Positions 13,668 through 23,600 of a stretch of 60,490 nt of DNA are shown here, in pieces. The notes beneath the pieces are model-generated. The model did no database searches. It worked only from the letters and a program-made list of their open reading frames with translations, and was not told the DNA's origin. A program made the position numbers and the translations under genes. Every line of letters begins with the position of its first letter. The first letter of the stretch is position 1. The DNA is from Perkinsus olseni (lineage: Eukaryota), in the NCBI GenBank assembly GCA_013115125.1, contig JABANN010000153.1, positions 1 to 60,490 on the forward strand, written 5' to 3'.

Positions 13668-14930
13668 ATGGTCAACAAATGCCAGTCAAGCCCTGGCACC
13701 ACGGACGAGTCTGAGAGTGCTCTCCAGCTGATCGCCAGCAAGTGTCACGGTACCGGTGCCAAGGACCTGCGTGACATCTTCCAGCACACGTTGAAGTCGT
13801 GTAAACAGAGAACCAAATGCTTCAGGGAAGTCTTCGTCCGCAAACTCACGGACGAGTTTCCTGTCTTGAGCCCGGGCCAAATAGAGGCTTTGGCGGAGCG
13901 ATACAAGTCGCTGTCGCACCCAGAGAAGGTCAACTACTGGGACTTCCAACGCGACGTGGATGCGCTGAAGGGAGAGAGGCCCAAGCAGGTTTGGGCGTGC
14001 AGGTCGTCTGATATTCCAGAGGCAGTCCGTATCCTCTTTCGTGCGGCCTTCGATCAGCGTGTCGACTTACGCGAGCTTTGTGCAGAGGCTGATGGGAGCC
14101 CGTGGAGAATCGCTCAACGGTTGAATGTCCACTTGTCAGGGGAAGACGCTCAGACGATGATGGACACCTTCGGGCTCCCTACTGCCGGTCAGGGCTTTAC
14201 CATGGACCCTTACCGTCTTCACGAGGCCTACAAGAGGTTCGTCTGGAACTTCTCCCACAATGATTTCAGAATTACCAAGCCGGCCACCGAGTCCGTGGCA
14301 CAGGACTGGGCACCTCAACCGTTGAATGTACAGGCTAAGAGCACTGAGGGAGTTGAGGAGGCTCTAGCCAGGCTCAAGCACCATATGGCTGCGTACATGA
14401 TATCTCCTGCGGCTCTGGCGGACTACTTCGAAGTCAATGTCCCATCGGCCGTTGACCGCATGCGTGGCGAGACCGCGACGATCGACCTGTTCCGCCGAGG
14501 CCTCTCGAACCTGCTCTCTGCGCTCACGCAGGATACGCCGCTGACACAGGCTGATGTCAATTGCCTCACCGCTCACTTCGCGCCATCTTACAGACGCCTT
14601 TGCACAGCAGCGGCAGGCGTCCCGACTCCGGTGCCGCAAATCGAGTTGGATTCCCTAGACCCGGGTTCAATTCTGCTGAAGGCCTCCGACGTTCACCTCA
14701 TGCCACACTGCAAGGCGTTCGACAACAATCGCTCCGGCTGCGTACGAGTTTGGGATCTCTCGCAAATTCTGGCACGCGCCAACATCCACGCCAGCCAGAC
14801 CGACGTGCAGGCCTTGGCCCAGGCCTTTGGTAGAGGCGATGGTTGGATCGACTACACTAGAATGTGTAAGGCGGCGGAGCGAAGCGCTGCAGCAGTACGA
14901 GGGGAGCGGGGGTGGAACAGGTCTGGCTGA
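13668..14930 (+). CDS. Protein with degenerate EF-hand pairs
   Basis: Long open ORF. C-terminal CKAFDNNRSGCVRVWDLSQIL...FGRGDGWIDYTRMC and N-terminal LAERYKS..PEKVNYWDF resemble EF-hand pairs. Confidence 0.65.
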   Translation: MVNKCQSSPGTTDESESALQLIASKCHGTGAKDLRDIFQHTLKSCKQRTKCFREVFVRKLTDEFPVLSPGQIEALAERYKSLSHPEKVNYWDFQRDVDALKGERPKQVWACRSSDIPEAVRILFRAAFDQRVDLRELCAEADGSPWRIAQRLNVHLSGEDAQTMMDTFGLPTAGQGFTMDPYRLHEAYKRFVWNFSHNDFRITKPATESVAQDWAPQPLNVQAKSTEGVEEALARLKHHMAAYMISPAALADYFEVNVPSAVDRMRGETATIDLFRRGLSNLLSALTQDTPLTQADVNCLTAHFAPSYRRLCTAAAGVPTPVPQIELDSLDPGSILLKASDVHLMPHCKAFDNNRSGCVRVWDLSQILARANIHASQTDVQALAQAFGRGDGWIDYTRMCKAAERSAAAVRGERGWNRSG

Positions 14931-15286
14931 GGTGCTCGTACATACCATGGAGTCGTGTAAGATGTTGTGTAAAACGAATGTTACGATGTTGCGCTGAATA
15001 TCGATCATCTGGGCGTGCGCGACTTGCATAAACTCGTGCCGACTCCGCTCTGCTCTGCCTAAGATATGGAGCTCTGTTATTGAGACGCTGTGTGGACGAG
15101 TTAAACTGGATAACGGAGCGAACGTGCCGGCAAGTCCTCTATGGCTAACCGTAAGTAGGAATGGGTGCTGCCAGTCGCGGCCAGAGAACGCGGCATCGGC
15201 GCGGTGTGCACCCTCTAGCTCCGGACTTCTGCAGCGTCAGCGTTCTAGGCCGTACGAGCTCTGTTCACAGTTTGAGTCATTTTATT

Positions 15287-18200
15287 ATGGACTACTCAGA
15301 GCAGGACAATCTCAACGGCATTCGTTTCAGCTGGAACGTTTGGCCGACGAATAAGCTCGACCATACCAGGATCGTCGTGCCCATGGGAGCACTGTAGTGG
15401 AGGGGGAGGGTCTACGCGTGTGTTGGCGCATTTATGGTACTCTTAGATACACTCCGCTGAAGCAGACCACTAACCTCAACTTTTTCGAATATGAGCCTGT
15501 CCAGTGCCGAACCCGGGACTGCAACGCCATCTTGAACCCCTACTGGTAATAGCCCCTGTTCTCTTCCGCCTTCCTCGCCCACCGGACGTCTTTCAGTGTG
15601 GTTGATCTGAGGTCTAAGACTTGGGCATGCCCCTTCTGTCTCCAGCGCAACTCCTTCCCGCAGATGTACGCTCAGGTTATCTCTGAGACTGTAATAACGG
15701 ATACGTTAGTCGCCCGTATTTTTACTTTCACCTCTTTCAGATGCTGCCTGCGGAGCTACAACCTCAGTACACTACGATCGAGTACATCCTCCCCAACCAA
15801 GCCGTCCAGCCGCCGGTAGTTCGGGTATTGAGTGGGTTAGTCGGTAACTGAGAACGTCTGCAGGTGTTTCTCTTCGTCGTGGATACGTCGATCTACGAGG
15901 AAGAGTTGGAGCAGTTGAAGGACTCCCTGCAGCAGTGTCTCTCTATGATGCCTCCGGACGCCCTCGTTGGCCTCATCACTTACGGCACGATGTGCTATGT
16001 CCATGAGCTCGGTAAGGGTGGTTTAAATTGAAGAGGGTAAAACCCGCGTGGTCAGGTAACCAGGATATGCCCAAGGCATATGCCTTCCGAGGCACCAAGG
16101 AGATATCGTCACAGCAGGTGGCTCAACAGCTGGGCTTTGCCGTCCGGAACGATCCTCGTGGGAGTACTGGGGGCCAAGGTTCAAGACGGTAAGTTGAAGC
16201 GCTGCTCAACTTCGCTGTGGAGCCGTTGTGGTAAGGTTCCTTCTGCCGATCGAGGACTGCGAGTACGCTATTAACAGCGTACTTGATGACTTACAGAAGG
16301 ACCCATGGCCGGTGGCATCGGGAAAAAGACCGCAGAAGTGCACAGGGGTGGCGATGTCGGTCGCTGTTGGTCTGATGGAGACCACTCATATGCAGCAGTC
16401 AGCTCGAGTGATGCTCTTCACTGGAGGTCCTTGGTAAAATTGTCATCTTCTGAGCTCGTTTTCCATCGGCCGTTTCCCGTTAGCACTATCGGACCCGGCA
16501 TGGTTGTTGGAACCGATATGTCGGAGCCGATCCGATCGCATGTCGATCTTCAGCGGGAAGAGAAGAATGCGAGGTAGCGCGGACTAGGAGAGGCATTCGC
16601 CACACTAGGAGTCCGGGCAGGTACACTAAACCCGCCATGAAGTACTACAACGCCATTGCTAATCGGGCTGTCCATGCGGGAATGGCGGTCGATATCCTGG
16701 CGTGTAACCTGGATCAAGTTGGCCTGTACGAGATGAAGGTCGTCAGTGAGAAGACTGGTGGTGCAGTGGTCCTCAGTGATAGTTTCTCGATGCACGTAAT
16801 GACTCACGCTCGGGAGCTGTTGACCGGAGTATGACTTTCTTCTTGGTCAGGTTTTTAAGGCTTCGTTCCAGAAGATGTTCGAGCTCGATCAAGACGGGTA
16901 CCTTCAGATGGGCTTCAATTCCAAGATGGATGTAATACTCCCTCGCCGCTCGTCCCCGGTTATTCTCGAACCAGTCTTACTCGTAATGGGAATGGCGAGA
17001 GTTTCCTTGCTTCCATATATGCTTGTGTGAGCCAACTAAGGGTTCTTCTTGGGGTAGGTTCTTACATCAAGAGAATTTAAGTGCTGTGGATGTATAGGAG
17101 CGTGTACGAGTGCAGCCAAGAAGACGTCATCTGTGGCGGAAACTGAGATTGGCGAATCAGGTAAGTAGCTACGTTGCCCTCCTACTTTCGCTGATGCGCT
17201 AGAACTCACACCGCATCTCCTGTCAGGCACTACTGAGTGGACTATGGGTGGACTGGACAGGGACACTACCTACGCATTCTACTTCGAGCCCACAGCGACC
17301 CAAGCGGCGTCGGGTGGTGGACCACGCCAGAGCTACTTGCAGTTCCAGACGCTGTACAACCATCCCAGTGGCAGGAAGCGCCTGCGGTAATAATGGATCA
17401 AAGAGCGATGAGCGCTCGAAGGGAATCCGGTATTGAGTAGTCAACCTCCCCGCATCTTTTCAGAGTCACTACGGTCTCCACGCGCTACGCTGATCAAATC
17501 TCCGACATCGCCACCGGGTTCGACCAAGAAGCAGCGGCAGTACTCATGACAAGGTATTTCCCTTCACTCACAGTCTTTCGCGTAGATTATTTTCCGACAG
17601 GTTCGCGGTGACGAAGTGCGAGACGGAAGATCCATTGGATGTTATGCGATGGGTTGATCGTATGCTCATTAGGCTCATCGCTCGGTTTGCGGACTATAGG
17701 AAGGTGAAGCGTTGTGGCCCCTGAAGCCAGTCCGCCATCGCCTGCTCTTGTTCAGGATGAACCCAACTCCTTCCGATTGGCGAAGGAGTTCACCATCTAT
17801 CCCCAGCTGATCTACCACCTCAGACGATCTTCGTTCCTTCAGACGTTCAATGCATCACCTGATGAGACTGCGTACGTGACGCGCTGATTCTCGCGGTCGT
17901 TTCCTCTTCACGTGGCGCTATGCTCGGTTTGATTCTTCTGCTTCCGCTAGGTACTACCGCACCATCCTCATGCGTGAAAATACCAACAACTCTCTGGTGA
18001 TGATCCAGCCAGCACTATTACAGTAATACCCGTATCAATCGCTTTCGCAGATGGGTAGCTCCCCTTAGGTATTCGTTCGAGGAAGGCCCGCCACAGCCAG
18101 TGCTGCTTGATGCTAGCTCATTGAAGCCCAATGTCATATTACTTTTGGATTCGTAAGTCGTGCTTCGTCTTTTCGTTTTTCCGCTATCTTCTCCGCAGTT

Positions 18201-18653
18201 ACTTCCATGTTGTGATTTGGCGAGGAGAGACCATCCAGGCTTGGTTCGAGGCAGGCTACCAGGACAAGGAGGAATATGCCAACTTCCGCCAGCTTCTGGC
18301 CGCTCCCGAACAGGATGCCAAGGCGATTCTCAACGACAGGTTCCCGGTGAGTGCCGATGCCCTGGTACGCGGAACCAGTGATTGCTCATTTCTCTGTTCT
18401 TCAGGTGCCTAAATTTGTTCAGACGAGCCAAGGAGGTTCCCAGGCACGTTTCCTCACATCAAAGGTGAACCCTTCGGTCACTCAGAACTCGACATCGGGA
18501 GGCTTTGGAGACGGAAACTACGATGGATCTGTGGTAGGATGCTATTATGTTGAAATGAACGTCGAGCTGATCTCTCTTGTTCAGGTTCTCACCGATGATG
18601 TGAGTTTGCAGAAGTTCATCGAGTGTTTGATCAAGCTTGCTGTACAGTCGTAG
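15287..18653 (+). CDS. SEC23: COPII coat protein Sec23, many exons
   Basis: [20 protein letters not shown], zinc finger ([17 protein letters not shown]...[10 protein letters not shown]), [45 protein letters not shown] and [21 protein letters not shown]. The introns checked are canonical. Confidence 0.97.
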
Positions 18654-19413
18654 ATGCGGCATTATGTGTTATCAACCTCACCGCTGCTACAACATTTTGT
18701 CGTATTGGTTTCCTTGCTGGGGAATGGGTAACGGGTTGCGCTAACAGTTTCGGCTCAAGCGGTGGGGGGAGGATGATAATAGAGGAAATATGAGTAGACG
18801 CCCAGGCTGTTGAACCAGTTGAATTGAAGTGGCTCCCGAATCTCTGATTCCACAGCACACATGAAGTCTTTTGTCGCACTTCGTTTGTCGCATTGTCGGT
18901 AGTTCGATGGATGGTCGCACTGAGGGGCACTACGTTCGATATGTATGAACATCTACTCGTCACCGATTTCTCTTGTCATATGGCCCATATGATCCAGCTG
19001 ATATGAGGTCTTGTCCTCTCAAGCACGTCCAGTAGTGGATGAAGAATCTTGACTCAAGATCGTTACGCATCAAAATCATCGAAATGTTGAGCCACACTCT
19101 GACTCCTATATCTACTCGTCACCGATATCTTCCAAGCGTTCGGCAGGCGATCATGACACATAGGTAACGCATTCGGAATGCGGCATTCCAAAGCAGGATT
19201 GCTTGGGATACAGCGTTCACGTGAATATCCTTGGCGAAGCAGATAGCTGTGCAACCTCGATTGCCAATGGTAAAACAGAGTTCACCCAGTTATCCCCTTT
19301 GGTTTGAAGACATAGCACGGAAAGTCACTTTCAATTCCTCCTGTCATCCTCCTACGTTCGATCTTCGGTCGCGTTTCGAACTCAAAAGACATGTGTGCTT
19401 GAAGCGGATCGCT

Positions 19414-20563
19414 TCAGGAGACCATTTGCTCCTTCAACAATGATACATAACTTCTTGCGAAGTTCACCAGGAACAATTGAACAGTCGCTACAGGGACATA
19501 ATCGTCCAAGTGCTCATCGTCGAGTGTCATGAGCTCCATGCCCTCGGACACCTCCTGCAGTAAATCCAGGAAGCCTGAGAAGCCCCCTCTCGCTCGTCGC
19601 TAACGCCTTCGAATTATCACATCACACCTTGTTGATCGCGAAAGTCTGCTATATGGTATTGTTGCAGAAACGTATGTAGATGGTACACAGCGTCTCGGGT
19701 CATGAATCTGAAATGCGGGAAGTTCCCGCCGGGAACTCTTGTAGAATTGGTAACCAGTATGAAAAAAGACCTACTTCACTCCGGGATAGGATGGGAAGGT
19801 TGTCGTCCGTTCGCCTTGTGCAACCAAGCGACATATCCAATCCGAGAAGAGGCTGTAGTCGGAGGACGCAAATACCTGCGTTATAGGTGAAGTTGAGGAG
19901 TGGTACGAGATGGTGACACGGCGGTACATCATTGTACATATCTACGACGCAATGAGCTTGAAGATACTCTTTGAAGTCGTAGCTGCCATAAGTTTTGAAG
20001 AGCCCATTGCAGTATCTGAGACAACCTGTGTCAGGCTCGCCGAGAAAGCGACCGCACTGCATGAGCCGCGCCTCATGAGCATCACTAATCAGACGGACTA
20101 CGGCACTTGTCCTCTTACTCTGCGAACCCCATCAGCTCTGTAGAGTCCACGACTCCGTCTCGTGCAGCATCCATTTTCCACAGTATCTGCCGGTTACTGA
20201 TAGTAGTGTCTCCACTGACGCGTCCCCGCCCCACAGCCATGTGGTTGAGGTCAATCGACACATCCTGAGGTGTTCGGAGATTCCGTATTTCATTTAGATA
20301 GAGGACCTGTCTGTCGGCCAGGTTGTTGGTAATCGCGCTTCTCGCATCCGCGTCCTGAATGCACGGTACCGTCGAACGTGAAAAAATAAGGTCACCTCAT
20401 CTAGGTCAGGGGACTTGACGGTTGTCAGAGAACCCGATTCCGCCTTCACCCGCTGGAACTCCTCTAGTATGTATCTAGTGAACAACAATCTCTCATGTAC
20501 CACTGCGTTCTTCGAGCCTTACTGACCGATGGGAGAATCAGCTACACTGGCATGAGCACCCAT
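19414..20563 (-). CDS. EF-hand-containing protein with putative N-myristoylation motif, multi-exon
   Basis: Spliced reading MGAHAS...RYILEEFQRVK...IDLNHMA|ILWKMDAARDGVVDSTELMGFAE|YCNGLFK...FSDWICRLV...GFLDLLQEVSEGMELMTLDDEHLDDYVPVATVQLFLVNFARSYVSLLKEQMVS*. First exon junction unresolved. Confidence 0.7.
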
Positions 20564-20678
20564 TTACTGTCACAGAGCCTGGACCGTACTCTCGCCCACC
20601 ATTGACATCAAGCGCAATGCTCAACTCAACAACGGGTGTTTCGGAAATGGCAATGCTCATGCAGTTCATGCACAATGC

Positions 20679-23600
20679 TCAAGAGGTCTGGATGACATCA
20701 TCCACGACGTTACCACGGATGAGCAACACTCGCTTGAGATCCGCACAGAAAAGCTCCACGAGCTGCATGTAGGCTAGAGAGCCTTCACCTGGGTCCAGGC
20801 TCCGTTATGATGGCCGGTGCCGGAGGACACACCTTCAGGAACATCGAAAAGGTTGGTAATCACGACTCCGGCATCTGAGCTATGGAGGACCATCTGCTCG
20901 TTCACGACTCTGATCCGAGAGATGTTCTCCGAACAAGCAGGTGACTTGCCTGAGTCGATACTGCGGCAACGACTTCGGTGATGATTCACCTTCGCACTTT
21001 CAAGTCTCTCCACTCCCAATGCGTACGCACTCTCCCCGCGCAGTTTTGCAGAGTGTAACTTCGGGTCCTGCGAAGATCGATTCTAACGAGGCGAACGTAG
21101 GAGAATACCACTTTTCCAGCTGATCCCCGAGTGAGGGAACCTGAGAAATGAGGGAATGTCGCCGTGGCATCGGCTTTTCCGCTCCATTCAAGAGGCAGGT
21201 GATCAGCAATGCTTGGTAGACCAAATGGTGAAACCCGACTCACGGTGCATGGTCGCTACTGCCCCTGGTGTCCCGATAGCCTGAGAAAGCAAAGGCTGAT
21301 CACGATAGGAAAGTGAACAATGATGAAACACTGAAGATCGGGTTGAGCAGTCGGTGTGGTCCTCTGAGGGAGTGACGACGACCGCAATGGGCTAAAGGGT
21401 AGATCTGAACTATTACCTCAGTAGACCTTCGCAAAACACTGGGTGAAGCTCCGAACCCTGAATTAAAGAAGGGACGACGTGCAAGTGACGGTCTAGAAAC
21501 TACGAGTCCTTCCAGACTTAGGGGAGAGTTGGTCATCAACACCATCGATTATCTGATGCGACAAGCAACGTGAGCGAAACATGTGAGCCGAGTTAGCCCA
21601 CGATGTCCACCGCGTGCTGGGATGCGGGAAAGAGTTCACTGTTGTTTACGGCAGACGGGCCAGAAGCTCCCCTCTGGGGACTTATATTCGGGGTCAGTTT
21701 CTGGAGAGGGGAACTTCGCCGGAGCAGCTACCTGCATCTTACCCTCCCTAGCCTTGGAGGCTCACTCGAAATATCATCGAACTCGATGTCCTCCATCACT
21801 AAGCGACCTCTTGGACGCCGGTGAGAGAATTTTGTGAACTGATCAGAACGACTTGAGCACTCCAGCAGGGCATGGAGTGCATAAATTCCGCAGAGCTCGT
21901 AACTGAACTATCGGATTCTCATAATCTATCTCTGAGATCGGTGACCCCTAGCATAGTTATTTACAGAGGGATCCTACGTCACTCACCCCGAGTGACATCG
22001 AAGATTTGTTGGTGAAGTCGCTCAGGGCCAAAGTGCGTCTCAATGTCTCTCCCTGAGAGGAACCGTTTCTGTCGCCTTCTTAACAGCGGCTTGGAGCTCA
22101 CCGCGTGCGATACTTTAACGCTGGCCTGATTCGTCCACTCGCCACCTTCGAATTCAACCTGACCGCTGACAATATCAGCCAACCAAATGTGGCACTGGCG
22201 TACGTTGATGACTTGAACTTCGGATATGAAATCATCGAGTCTGTGATGTTTCAGCCATTCCTGAATCGTCAAGCTCACTGCACCCAAGTCTGCCTCGGCC
22301 TCCTGCTTGGTGAGGCTATCGACTATGTGGAAGACCCTATACAAGGGCAGTGAGGGGCCGTCATTTAGCCTCCCCTCACCGTATTCTGCAGTCGCGCCAT
22401 ACCGGATGTTTCCGAAAGAGGTAGGCGAGCATGATACCCCAGCCGCCGTCGCCAATATTCCACCAGACGTCCATGGTAGTTCCTGACGGCTGGTTGGCCA
22501 TGTAGGCTCGCCTTTGACAGGCAATATCTACCTGTTTGTCATAGAGTTGGAGGTCTTCGAAGTTCTTAGCCAGGATAACCGTTTTCTTCAGGACTTCGGA
22601 GTTGAGCATGAAGTTCATAAAGGTGTATCTGCGGCCTTCTTGCAAAAGCGTTCAGAGGAGGACGGACCTAGTCTCAGTATCCACCAACCACAGTAGTGGC
22701 CAGCTCGCCATGACAGCGTTGGGTTCGAAGGCTCCAAGGCCTGAGGTCTGCAGTAAACACTGCAACGCTATGGAGCGAGATCCAGGACTGCAATGAAGAA
22801 CCTGGAGAGCTGGGTCAGCGAGGCCGGCGCTGCTGTTTTGACATACTTGGGCGAAACCGGGGATGCCACTTTCGTTGAGTCCTTGCTGGACCGCCGCGTT
22901 CCAGTTCCTATGGGTTTACAGGAGACAACAGAGTGAAGCCTTTCTGGGCGCGGCTTACGGTAACGGCGAGCAGTTCTTGCCATGCGGGCTGCCACCATGC
23001 GCCAGTTGAGGTGATTCGACTATGGCTCCGACGATGAACAGCCCACGACCATACTTCAACTGATCGGCGAGTTGAGAATTAGTGAGCGAGGTACATGAAG
23101 CTCAACCTGGTTGGCGAGGTGGACCAAGTGGATGTGATGGAGCTCGACGCCGGATCCTTCGGAGCCCGCTTCGGGATGATCCACGGTAACGCCGGTGAGG
23201 ACGAGTAGCTGAACACGAAGTGAACCCCTTCTGAGAAACCCTTGTTCGTAGGCTCAGCCTACGGCCTACTAGGCTACGGATCGTAGCATTCCTTTCAGAG
23301 AGCATGAGCGTTGGCGAGTTTGAGGAGCAGAAAAGAATCCCGCGCTCGCCAATACTTATTGCCTGCTTTCAAAACGGGCAATAAGTATTCTCCGAATGCT
23401 TCGAAAGCAGTGCTTTCAGAACACTTTATCGAAGGCACGTTTAGTTAGCTTGATGTCATTAAGTTGATGAGGTATGGGATGAGTGGGTTAAGCTAATCCG
23501 ATCAGCAGAAGGACGGAGGTCTTACGAACCGTAAGTTACGATCGTCTGATCGTTCTTCAGCAAGTTGGAGCTCGGCTGTGAGATCGAGGTTCAGTGAAAG

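Noticed and set aside
19047-19061. ATCTTGACTCAAG resembling the 3' end of the perkinsid/dinoflagellate spliced leader (…TTGGCTCAAG); similar TTTCGGCTCAAG near 18748
   Set aside because: Only short partial matches, not upstream of a recognisable gene. The first is explained equally well as a small palindrome (atcttga-c-tcaagat).
18700-19400. Minus-strand ORF fragments (18755-18952, 19063-19254) as a decayed gene or TE
   Set aside because: No recognisable motifs; more simply the convergent 3' UTR/intergenic region between SEC23 and the EF-hand gene.
23463-23549. C/D-box-like pair (TGATGA...CTGA)
   Set aside because: Antisense to the host transcript, with no terminal stem or recognisable rRNA guide; such short motifs arise by chance.
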